Shown: positions 1 through 8,229 of the stretch, in pieces
Layout: every line of letters begins with the position of its first letter
How positions within the stretch are numbered: position 1 is the first letter of the stretch
Source: Candidatus Amesbacteria bacterium
Lineage (GTDB): Bacteria; Patescibacteriota; Microgenomatia; CAZETR01; Amesbacteraceae
Reading direction: 5' to 3'
DNA length: 55,437 nt
Assembly: GCA_027371535.1 (NCBI GenBank)
Contig: DAHXMV010000005.1
Location: 1-55,437, forward strand
The notes under the pieces: generated by a model
The model's input: only the letters and a program-made list of their open reading frames with translations
Databases searched by the model: none
Told to the model about the DNA's origin: nothing
Program-made: the position numbers and the translations under genes

Positions 1-116
1 TCAAACACCACAGATGTATGTTAAAACCTATTTACAGAAAGGAGGTCAACCGTTCTCTATCTAGGTGGCCAGCACATTAAATTTACAATTTACCAGTAAC
101 AATTTACAATTGAAGA

Positions 117-761
117 GTGATAGTCGTAAACTTCAAAACATACAGGGAGGCGACGGGATATAAGGCGGTGAACTTAGCGAGGGTCTGCAAGAGGGTAATG
201 GAGGATACCGGGGTGAGGATTGTTGCGGTACCCCAGGTAGCAGATTTAAGAGACTGTGTGGAAACCGGGGCCGAATGCTGGGTGCAGCATGTGGATCCCG
301 TGGTCCAGGGAAAGAATACGGGATGGATAACCGTTGAGGATGTGGAGGAAGCAGGAGCAATGGGAGCAATACTTAATCATTCAGAACACAAACTGGACCG
401 GAAGATACTCGAGAAGACCATGGCGGTGATTTCCGGAATGGCTTTCCAGGCCTGTGTGTGCGCGGATAGTCCGGAAGAAGCAGTGAATTGTGCTTATCTG
501 AAGCCGAATTATATAGCATATGAGCCGCCGGAATTTATCGGCAGTACGGATAAATCGGTGTCTTCGGAAAGGCCGGAAGTGATTGAAAAAGTGGTCAAAA
601 CGGTAAGTTATCCGGTGTTGGTGGGGGCGGGAGTACATAGCGCGGAAGATGTAAAAACGGCGGTAAGACTGGGGGCAAAAGGAATACTGGTGGCTTCGGA
701 TATAGATCTGGCTGATGTGCCGGAAAGCAATTTAAGAAAACTGGCAGAGGGGTTTATCTGA
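117..761 (+). CDS. tpiA: Triosephosphate isomerase, short archaeal-type (214 aa, GTG start)
   Basis: Full-length resemblance to archaeal TIMs (VNFKTY.EATG, LNHSEH, YEPPEFIG, GAGV.S.EDV). About 35 aa shorter than typical bacterial TIM. Confidence 0.85.
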   Translation: MIVVNFKTYREATGYKAVNLARVCKRVMEDTGVRIVAVPQVADLRDCVETGAECWVQHVDPVVQGKNTGWITVEDVEEAGAMGAILNHSEHKLDRKILEKTMAVISGMAFQACVCADSPEEAVNCAYLKPNYIAYEPPEFIGSTDKSVSSERPEVIEKVVKTVSYPVLVGAGVHSAEDVKTAVRLGAKGILVASDIDLADVPESNLRKLAEGFI

Positions 762-774
762 TATACTTGGGGTT

Positions 775-1242
775 ATGATTTATGTGGCAGCTGATCATCA
801 CGGAGTGGAATTAAAGGCAAAAATTAATGAATGGCTAAAAGGGAGGGAATTTGATTTTGAAGATTTGGGGGCGTATGAGTATAACCCATGGGATGATTAT
901 GTAGATTTTGCGATTGACGCGGCTCAACGGGTAGCCCAGGACGTGGTACATAACAGGGGAATACTGATCTGCGGCAGCGGAGTAGGGATGTGCATGGCTG
1001 CCAACAAAGTCAAAAAGATCAGATCGGGTCTGGGATTTGCCCCGGATCAGGTATATGCAGCCAGAAAAGAGGACAATATAAACATATTATCACTGGCAGC
1101 TGACAGTCTGGATGAAGTAGTGGCCCTGGAAATGGTAGAGAAATTCCTGGAAACAGAATTTATCAAGTCCGACAGTTATTTAAGAAGGGATGAAAAAATC
1201 GCCCGCTATGAACGAGAACCTGCCCAAAATAAGCGTGGCTGA
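775..1242 (+). CDS. rpiB: Ribose-5-phosphate isomerase B (RpiB/LacAB family)
   Basis: MIYVAADHHG..., ILICGSGVGMCMAANK motif; typical 155-aa size. Confidence 0.85.
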   Translation: MIYVAADHHGVELKAKINEWLKGREFDFEDLGAYEYNPWDDYVDFAIDAAQRVAQDVVHNRGILICGSGVGMCMAANKVKKIRSGLGFAPDQVYAARKEDNINILSLAADSLDEVVALEMVEKFLETEFIKSDSYLRRDEKIARYEREPAQNKRG

Positions 1243-2089
1243 TATCGCCGGGAAAAAAGTTTTGGTCCGGGCGGATCTGGAATATACGGACCGGTTATCT
1301 CCGAGAGGTAAGGCAACGGACGGAATTGTTAAATTTTTGAAGGAAAGAAACGCCGGGGCAATTAAACTGATCGGACACAAGGGGATGGCGGAAATGACTT
1401 CATGGTGGGAGGGTGTGGAGGTAAATTTTGATATCCGGGCAGATGAACGGGAGAAAGAAAACAGCCCAGTAATGGCCGCAGAACTGGCAGCCGGATGGGA
1501 TGTATTTGTGAATGAATCGTTTGCCGAATCACACCGGGTGTTTACTTCGGTAAATGCACTGCCGCTCGTGATGAAAAAACAGGGGAGGCCGGTATATATC
1601 GGGATCAGGTTTGAAAAAGAACTTGAAATGCTAAACGGGGTTTTGAACAGACCAGGGAGAAAAGTCCTGGTGATAGGGGGGGCGAAAGCGGGAGATAAGG
1701 CGGTAATGGCTGATAAACTGGCGCCGAAATTTGATGCTGTTTTACGCGGAGGTTTATTGCCGGGAGTGTCGCTGAGGTTTGACGGGCTGGATATTGATGA
1801 TGCAAGCATTGAAAAATATAAACAGGAAATTGCCGGGGCATCAGAAATTGTGGTAGCCGGACCATTGGGAAAATTTGAAGACGACAATGCAATTAAGGGA
1901 ACAAAGGAAGTATATGAGGCAGTGGTGAACTCTCCGGCTTTTAAAATTGCCGGTGGAGGGGATACGGAAAAAGCCCTGGAAAAACTGGGGATAACAGAAA
2001 AATTTGACTGGATTTCCGTCGGGGGCGGAGCAATGCTTGCCTATTTAGCGGATGGGACTTTACCGGGGATTGAGGCCTTGATATTGTAA
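1208..2089 (+). CDS. pgk: Phosphoglycerate kinase, unusually short (~294 aa)
   Basis: GKKVLVRADL N-terminus, IGGAKAGDK, and C-terminal AGGGDT...SVGGGAMLAYLADGTLPGIEAL match PGK landmarks. Start chosen at ATG 1208 (track start is 1190). Overlaps the rpiB 3' end. Confidence 0.7.
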   Translation: MNENLPKISVADIAGKKVLVRADLEYTDRLSPRGKATDGIVKFLKERNAGAIKLIGHKGMAEMTSWWEGVEVNFDIRADEREKENSPVMAAELAAGWDVFVNESFAESHRVFTSVNALPLVMKKQGRPVYIGIRFEKELEMLNGVLNRPGRKVLVIGGAKAGDKAVMADKLAPKFDAVLRGGLLPGVSLRFDGLDIDDASIEKYKQEIAGASEIVVAGPLGKFEDDNAIKGTKEVYEAVVNSPAFKIAGGGDTEKALEKLGITEKFDWISVGGGAMLAYLADGTLPGIEALIL

Positions 2090-2108
2090 GAGTAAGAGTA
2101 AGGGTAAG
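2086..2108. repeat. Left arm of an imperfect inverted repeat (GTAAGAGTAAGAGTAAGGGTAAG) flanking the four-helix-bundle gene
   Basis: Read directly. Pairs with 2473-2495 at 21 of 23 positions. Starts inside the pgk stop codon. Confidence 0.8.
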
Positions 2109-2116
2109 ATAAAATT

Positions 2117-2467
2117 ATGTTTAGGTTTCAGACATTAGATGTGTGGAAAAAATCAGTGGAATTTGCGGATGTCATGATCGATATTGCTGATGGTTTGCCT
2201 CAAAAATATCAATATTCTTTAAGCGACCAGCTTAGAAGGGCGGGGTTGTCTGTGCCGAATAACGTAGCCGAAGGAAATGGAAGAAAATCCGTGAAAGAAT
2301 CTATAAATTTCTATAACATTTCAAAAGGTTCACTTTATGAATGTATTAATATTTTAGTGATAATCAGCCGGAGGAAAGCTATAAATTGGAACAAATATAA
2401 TCGTGAAGATATTTATCGATTAGCGGATGAGATAGCAAGAATGCTATCAGGATTAATTAAGGGTTGA
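2117..2467 (+). CDS. Four-helix-bundle protein of the 23S rRNA intervening-sequence protein family
   Basis: FQTLDVWKKS..., LSDQLRRAGLSVPNNVAEGNGR, and Y.ISKGSL.E are hallmarks of this family (TIGR02436-like, from memory). Confidence 0.8.
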   Translation: MFRFQTLDVWKKSVEFADVMIDIADGLPQKYQYSLSDQLRRAGLSVPNNVAEGNGRKSVKESINFYNISKGSLYECINILVIISRRKAINWNKYNREDIYRLADEIARMLSGLIKG

Positions 2468-2472
2468 ATTAA

Positions 2473-2495
2473 CTTACTCTTACTCTTACACTTAC
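2473..2495. repeat. Right arm of the inverted repeat (CTTACTCTTACTCTTACACTTAC)
   Basis: Reverse complement is GTAAGTGTAAGAGTAAGAGTAAG. Lies 5 nt after the four-helix gene stop and 7 nt before the gap start. Confidence 0.8.
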
Positions 2496-2502
2496 TAGTA
2501 AT

Positions 2503-3618
2503 ATGATAAAGGTTGCCATAAACGGGTTTGGAAGGATCGGGAGGCTGGCTCTCAGAATCGGCCTGTTAAAACACAGCAATGAGATGGAGTTTGTGGCAAT
2601 AAATACTTCCGGGTCGATGGAGGTGGACGGGTGGTGCCACTTGGTGAACCAGGACACAACGTACAGGCATTTTGCCATACCCGTGACATGTGAGAAGGTC
2701 AAGCCGGCCAAAGAAGCGACAGATGAGGATCCGTTAATCGGGTATCTGAAAGTGGAAAGTATGGGATTAAAAATTCCGGTAACGGCACAGAAAGACCCGG
2801 AAAAATTACCGTGGGCGAAATACGGGGTGGAAGTGGTAATGGAATGCACGGGGAAATTTACAGATGAAGCCGGAGCATTAAAACATGCCAAAGCCGGAGC
2901 AAAAAGGGTGGTAATTTCCGCTCCGGCAAAAGGCGGGAATGTGGGAACTTATGTGATGGGAGTAAATCAATACGAGGAAGGGGAGGTGATTTCCAACGCC
3001 TCATGCACAACCAACTGCATTACTCCGGTGGCGGCAGTAATTCACTCTAAATTCGGAATAGCCAAAGCGATGATGACGACAGTCCATGCCTACACGGATG
3101 ACCAGGTACTGCAGGACGCTTCACACCGGGATCTGAGACGGGCGAGGGCGGCGGCGATGAATACAGTACCGACGTCAACCGGGGCGGCGATTGCGACCAC
3201 GGAAGTAATACCGGAACTTAAAGGACTGTTTGACGGGATTTCTCTGCGGGTACCGATTATTACAGGATCGATAACGGATTTTGTGTTTGTAACCAAAGTG
3301 AAAACCACCAGAGAAGATGTGAATAACGCTCTGAAGGAGGCGACTCAAAACCCGATATATAAGGGAATATTGGGAATGTCCGGAGTGGACGGGGTGCCGG
3401 AGCATCTGGTGTCTTCGGATATCGTGGGGTCAGATTATTCAGCGATCGTGGACCCCGAATTTACACAGGTGATTGACGGGGATTTGGTGAAGGTATTGGC
3501 ATGGTATGACAATGAGTGGGGATATACTAACAGATTAGTGGAACAGGTGGTCAGGGTAGGAAGTGTATTGGAAGGCGGACAAGCCCCAAGTGATGAGATA
3601 ACGAACCAGTTTAAGTAG
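2503..3618 (+). CDS. gap: Glyceraldehyde-3-phosphate dehydrogenase, type I
   Basis: INGFGRIGR Rossmann motif, catalytic SNASCTTNC, WYDNEWGY C-terminal motif. Confidence 0.9.
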   Translation: MIKVAINGFGRIGRLALRIGLLKHSNEMEFVAINTSGSMEVDGWCHLVNQDTTYRHFAIPVTCEKVKPAKEATDEDPLIGYLKVESMGLKIPVTAQKDPEKLPWAKYGVEVVMECTGKFTDEAGALKHAKAGAKRVVISAPAKGGNVGTYVMGVNQYEEGEVISNASCTTNCITPVAAVIHSKFGIAKAMMTTVHAYTDDQVLQDASHRDLRRARAAAMNTVPTSTGAAIATTEVIPELKGLFDGISLRVPIITGSITDFVFVTKVKTTREDVNNALKEATQNPIYKGILGMSGVDGVPEHLVSSDIVGSDYSAIVDPEFTQVIDGDLVKVLAWYDNEWGYTNRLVEQVVRVGSVLEGGQAPSDEITNQFK

Positions 3619-3621
3619 AAA

Positions 3622-4215
3622 ATGGAAATCATTCCGGCAATATTAACAGCCGATAAAAGGAAGTTGGAGGAGTGGCTCGGATTAATTTCGGAAAGCGGAA
3701 AATTTGAGCGGGTGCAGATTGATTTTGTGGACGGGGAATATGCGAATAATAAGAGTGTTAATGTGGAAGAGATGGAGAGTATCGGGATTTTAAAATATAG
3801 GCTGATGTATGATGCCCATCTGATGGTGATCGAAAAGAATGTTGGTAAATACCTGACTATGACAAAAAACGTTGGATTTGACCGTATAATAGTTCAATTT
3901 GAAAGCGTATCTAGCCTCCAGGATTTTACGGGATTGGCGCTGGATATGCATTCGCCGGTGGAAGCAATTGAACCTTATTTGAGAAACCTGGAGGTGGTGG
4001 TGGTGATGGGGGTGGAACCGGGTTTCGGAGGACAAAAATTTAATGAGGAAGTTATTAAAAAGATTAAACGTTTGAGCAGCCTGAAGGAGGTAAACAGTTT
4101 TGAGTACAGAATTTGTGTGGACGGAGGAGTGGACCAGGAGCAGCTGCCTGAATTAGAAGCGGCCGGAGCGGATGAAGTGGCGGTAGGTGTCGGGCGGGTG
4201 TTAAAATGGGTTTAA
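3622..4215 (+). CDS. rpe: Ribulose-phosphate 3-epimerase family protein
   Basis: IDFVDG, AHLMV, MGVEPGFGGQKF and VDGGV motifs. The first metal-binding His position looks substituted. Confidence 0.65.
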   Translation: MEIIPAILTADKRKLEEWLGLISESGKFERVQIDFVDGEYANNKSVNVEEMESIGILKYRLMYDAHLMVIEKNVGKYLTMTKNVGFDRIIVQFESVSSLQDFTGLALDMHSPVEAIEPYLRNLEVVVVMGVEPGFGGQKFNEEVIKKIKRLSSLKEVNSFEYRICVDGGVDQEQLPELEAAGADEVAVGVGRVLKWV

Positions 4216-4841
4216 TGCCCCCAGAAAAAAATAATCAGAGGCTGATTCAGACTGTGACGTGTCTGGGTTTTGCAGATGCCCAGCCGTCGGAAAATTTATA
4301 TAAAGGCGCATATGCAGTTGGGAAAATACTGGCGCAGCAGGGTTACGTAATTGCCAACGGCGGGGGACCGGGGGTGATGAGGGCGACATCCGAAGGGGCT
4401 AAGGCTGTGGGAGGTAAAGTGATCGGAGTGACATTTTATCCCAAAGATGTGGCTTTATTTGAGGGCAGGGATAAGAACAATCCGATAGATGAGGAGGTAA
4501 AAACCGCCAATTATCTGGAAAGGACTCTGAAATTACTGGACATCGGGCAGGCTTATGTAATTTTTAAAGGCGGGACGGGAACAATATCCGAATTCGGAAT
4601 GGCGTGGGGATTGGCCAGATTATATTTAGGCCACCATAAACCGCTGATTTTGTACGGAAAATTCTGGGAAAATATTATGGCGGCTTTTATGTCCAATATG
4701 CGGATGCGGCCGGAGGAATTTCAGGTGTATCGGGTTGTGGATAGTCCGGAAGAAGTGGTGAAATCTCTGGAACTGTTTGAACTGATGCTGCAGCATGAGC
4801 CGCATACTTTTAATCCGCCGGAAAAACCATTTGAGTTATAG
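4206..4841 (+). CDS. LOG family / TIGR00730 Rossmann-fold protein
   Basis: GGGPGVMRA and KGGTGTISEF motifs. An alternative start at 4215 overlaps the rpe stop (TAATG). Confidence 0.7.
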   Translation: MGLMPPEKNNQRLIQTVTCLGFADAQPSENLYKGAYAVGKILAQQGYVIANGGGPGVMRATSEGAKAVGGKVIGVTFYPKDVALFEGRDKNNPIDEEVKTANYLERTLKLLDIGQAYVIFKGGTGTISEFGMAWGLARLYLGHHKPLILYGKFWENIMAAFMSNMRMRPEEFQVYRVVDSPEEVVKSLELFELMLQHEPHTFNPPEKPFEL

Positions 4842-4853
4842 ATTCTTATAAAG

Positions 4854-5711
4854 ATGCTGGCTGAAGAGCAAATACAAAAAATTGAACTGAAGGCGGATGA
4901 AATCCGCAAGGATGTCATAAAAATGCTGATGGCAGCCGGTTCGGGGCATAGCGCCGGATCGCTGGGGGCGGCAGATGTATTTGCGACACTATATTTTTCC
5001 GGAGGGTTAAACTGGGACCCGACCGATCCATGGAATCCAGACAGAGACAGAGTGATTGTTTCCAACGGTCATATTTGTCCGGTGTGGTATGCCACTTTGG
5101 CCCATGCCGGGGCGTTTTCGCATGAATTATTGGAAACATTAAGAAAGTTGGGATCACCTTTACAGGGGCATCCACATTACCGGGAACTGCCGGGAATTGA
5201 GAATACGGCCGGGCCTTTAGGTCAGGGGCTGTCCCAGGCAATCGGCCAGGCGCTGGCTGCCAGAATGGATACGTCCGGATACAGGGTATACTGTTTTTTG
5301 TCGGACGGTGAATTACAGGAGGGGCAAAATTGGGAGGCACTCTTATTTGCCGGGGATAATCATCTGCACCACTTAACGGTAATTATCGACCGGAACCAGA
5401 TCCAGATTGACGGATATACGGAAAAAGTAATGCCTGTGGAACCATTGGTGAACAAACTGCAGGCTTTTAATTGGCAGGTGGTAGAGATAGACGGCAATAA
5501 TGTGGCGGAGATAGACAAGGCTTTAAACAAGATAAAAACAACTATAGATTTGCCGACGGTTATAGTGGCGCATACCATACCCGGAAAAGGGGTGGAGTTT
5601 ATGGAGGGGAATTATTTGTGGCACGGCAGAGTGCCAAACCCAATCGAAGGGGCAGTAGCCTTAAGAGAGCTGAGAAGTCTCTGGGGAAAAATTGTGAGTG
5701 AAAGCGATTAA
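4854..5711 (+). CDS. Transketolase, N-terminal (TPP-binding) subunit
   Basis: GSGHSAGSLG, SDGELQEGQNWEA and IIDRN motifs; 285 aa, the size of the split form. Confidence 0.85.
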   Translation: MLAEEQIQKIELKADEIRKDVIKMLMAAGSGHSAGSLGAADVFATLYFSGGLNWDPTDPWNPDRDRVIVSNGHICPVWYATLAHAGAFSHELLETLRKLGSPLQGHPHYRELPGIENTAGPLGQGLSQAIGQALAARMDTSGYRVYCFLSDGELQEGQNWEALLFAGDNHLHHLTVIIDRNQIQIDGYTEKVMPVEPLVNKLQAFNWQVVEIDGNNVAEIDKALNKIKTTIDLPTVIVAHTIPGKGVEFMEGNYLWHGRVPNPIEGAVALRELRSLWGKIVSESD

Positions 5712-5720
5712 GAGTGAGAA

Positions 5721-7229
5721 TCAGAGAACCCGGGAATAATAGGAAATTAGATTATCCAGATTGAGGGTTTTGCCGGTGCATGGGGTTTTCAGAGTATAAA
5801 TGGTTTCGTAGTCAGAATTATACTTATTAGCGATTTTGACAACAGGCATAAAATACTGATTCAAACCAACCTGCTCGTCGTGGCGGGCGACAAAAAAGAC
5901 CGGAACCGAGGCCGAAAAACAGGAAACGGATTTTAAAATGTCACCAAAAATATTGTCGTGCAGGTAGCCGATGTAGGTATCGGGGCGGTGGCGCATATAC
6001 GTTAAAATTGCCTGTTCGGGATTGCCGGCATTGGCGGCGACAGCAACATAAACCGGGGTTTGGGGCAGATGAGATTTGAGGTATTCCAGAGTGGCCTGAA
6101 CCTGGTAGCCGGTGTTGCGACCAGACAGGTATTCAGTAATCTGGGAGAAGCGGGTAAAACGAGACAGGAATTTAAAGTAGTCGGGCGGACTGATGATTAA
6201 AAGTGTGGTGATGGCTAAAGCGGGAATAATGAATACGGAAAGTAATTTAAGCCGTGGGGATAACCAGTCGGCAGCAAAAAGCAGCAGGGGGGCTAAGTAG
6301 GGAGCTAAATAACGGGTTTCGGTGTGCCGTACCAAAAGAGTGGCGATGAGAATAGTCAAGACCGGCCAAAACGCCGGAATCCCGACTTTCTTACGGCCCA
6401 GGAAAACAGCAATAAAAATTAAAGGAGTCAGGTACCAAAATGCCATACTCAGATTAAACCAAAGGTTGGTCAGCCAGGTGCTAACGGGAAACCTGATCAG
6501 TTCGGCGGGGGTTAATGTGAAGAAGGTGATGTCACCAGCATATTTCCAGTAAATATCCTGCATAAGGACAACAGAAGAAGTGAGAATGAACGAACCTAAG
6601 ATATAGACGGACTGAATAGCCAGGGAAAAACGTTTTGCAGGGGATTTCCAAACATAATATAACAGTATTAATGCGGTAGCGGGTACAAATACCAAACCAT
6701 TGGCTTTGATTAAAAAAGCCAAACCCAGAGAGAAACCCAGGAGGGCGGACCATTTGAGATGCGGTTTTTCCACCAGCCGGGTAAGAAAGTAGCAAGCCCA
6801 GATACCGGCTGATCCGAGGGCACTTTCCATAAGTGCCTGGCGATCATAAAAAGCAAAAACGGGAATGATAATATATAAAAATCCTGACGTGAAGGCAGTT
6901 TTGAGATTAAAAACATGACGGGTGAGAAGGAATAGACCCAATAGAGTTAACCATCCGGTGAAGGTGCTAACCAGGCGGCCGGCAAGCAGCGGGTCGGTAA
7001 AGACCGACTGAAAAATCCCAAAAAGCCACATGGAGAGGGGCATTTTGGACCAGACAAGCGGAAAAAAGAACAACCCGGGGATGTGGATTGTACGCCAACC
7101 CCAGTCCAAATAAGTGGCTTCGTCGATAAATATCGGCAGGCGGGTAAAAAAAGGCAGGCGAAACAGAAAATAAAAAAGAGTGAGGAAAAGTACGGGGCGG
7201 CGGAAAAGAAATTTTTTTAAGCGGTCCAT
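5721..7229 (-). CDS. Polytopic membrane glycosyltransferase, GT-C fold (family 39, ArnT/PMT-like)
   Basis: More than 10 hydrophobic segments. DE motif in the first loop (FIDEATYLDWGW). Length 502 aa. Confidence 0.6.
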   Translation of the reverse strand: MDRLKKFLFRRPVLFLTLFYFLFRLPFFTRLPIFIDEATYLDWGWRTIHIPGLFFFPLVWSKMPLSMWLFGIFQSVFTDPLLAGRLVSTFTGWLTLLGLFLLTRHVFNLKTAFTSGFLYIIIPVFAFYDRQALMESALGSAGIWACYFLTRLVEKPHLKWSALLGFSLGLAFLIKANGLVFVPATALILLYYVWKSPAKRFSLAIQSVYILGSFILTSSVVLMQDIYWKYAGDITFFTLTPAELIRFPVSTWLTNLWFNLSMAFWYLTPLIFIAVFLGRKKVGIPAFWPVLTILIATLLVRHTETRYLAPYLAPLLLFAADWLSPRLKLLSVFIIPALAITTLLIISPPDYFKFLSRFTRFSQITEYLSGRNTGYQVQATLEYLKSHLPQTPVYVAVAANAGNPEQAILTYMRHRPDTYIGYLHDNIFGDILKSVSCFSASVPVFFVARHDEQVGLNQYFMPVVKIANKYNSDYETIYTLKTPCTGKTLNLDNLISYYSRVL

Positions 7230-7247
7230 GATGCTATTATATTTTAA

Positions 7248-8228
7248 ATGGGGAACATTATGTTGTCTGATAAATTATTCGGCCGGGCGGAGATGATGGC
7301 GGTCAGAGACGGTTTTGGAGACGGGTTGTTTGAGTTGGGGAGGCGGGATAAACGGGTGGTGGTATTAACAGGCGACGTGAAGGAGTCAACCCGGGTAGAA
7401 AGATTTGCGAATGCTTATCCGGACAGATTTATTGAGTGCGGGGTGGCGGAACAGAACATGATGGGCATCGCTGCCGGGTTAGCAGCAGCCGGAAAAATTC
7501 CGTTTGTGTCAGCATATGCGGTATTTTCGCCGGGCAGGAACTGGGACCAGCTGCGGGTGTCGGTGGCATATTCGAATTTACATGTAATTATCGGCGGGGC
7601 ACATACCGGGGTGTCCGTCGGGCCGGACGGGGCAACGCACCAGGCCCTGGAAGATCTGGCGATAACCAGAGTGATACCCAACCTGACGGTGGTAGTACCG
7701 GCGGATTATTGGGAGGCCAAAAAAGCGACCGAGGAAGCGGCAGAGTTAAAAGGGCCGGTATATATCAGGCTGACAAGGGAAAAAACACCGGTAATCACCA
7801 GAAAAGAATCCCCGTTTAAAATCGGGCGGGCGGAAACGGTCCGGGGAAACGGCCGGGATGCGGTTATAGCGGCCTGCGGGCCGATACTGTATGAAGCGGT
7901 TATGGCAGCCGAGCAATTATCAGCCGAAGGAATAGGGGTCAGAGTGATAAATAACCACACAATTAAACCTTTGGATAGGGAAGTGATACTAACAGCAGCC
8001 AGGGAATGCGGGGCGGTAGTGACAGCAGAAGATCACCAGGTGGCCGGGGGAATGGGGTCGGCAGTGTGCGAACTTTTAGCCCAGCACTGGCCGGTGCCGG
8101 TGGAGATGGTGGGGATAAATGACAGTTTCGGGGAGTCGGGGACACCGGAAGAGCTGGCGGAAAAATACGGATTAAAAGCCAAAAACATTGTCAGAGCAGT
8201 AAAGAAAGTGATAGAAAGAAAAGAATAA
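7248..8228 (+). CDS. Transketolase, C-terminal (pyrimidine-binding) subunit
   Basis: GVAEQNMMGIAAGLA, GPDGATHQALEDLA motifs. Confidence 0.85.
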   Translation: MGNIMLSDKLFGRAEMMAVRDGFGDGLFELGRRDKRVVVLTGDVKESTRVERFANAYPDRFIECGVAEQNMMGIAAGLAAAGKIPFVSAYAVFSPGRNWDQLRVSVAYSNLHVIIGGAHTGVSVGPDGATHQALEDLAITRVIPNLTVVVPADYWEAKKATEEAAELKGPVYIRLTREKTPVITRKESPFKIGRAETVRGNGRDAVIAACGPILYEAVMAAEQLSAEGIGVRVINNHTIKPLDREVILTAARECGAVVTAEDHQVAGGMGSAVCELLAQHWPVPVEMVGINDSFGESGTPEELAEKYGLKAKNIVRAVKKVIERKE

Positions 8229-8229
8229 T

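Noticed and set aside
1180-1887. 235-aa minus-strand ORF, with similar long antisense ORFs at 12535-13152, 13149-13919, 23979-24431, 26543-27289, 31657-32208 and 34555-35043.
   Set aside because: Each lies fully inside a well-supported gene on the other strand (pgk, fba, PfkB kinase, DUF5667, nrdJ, ATPase, propeller protein). Their products are low-complexity Ser/Pro/Arg-rich with no family resemblance. They are typical shadow ORFs.
7436-7819. 127-aa plus-strand ORF in an alternative frame within the transketolase C-terminal gene.
   Set aside because: It overlaps a strongly supported frame and has a Gly/Arg-rich product. It is an out-of-frame artefact.
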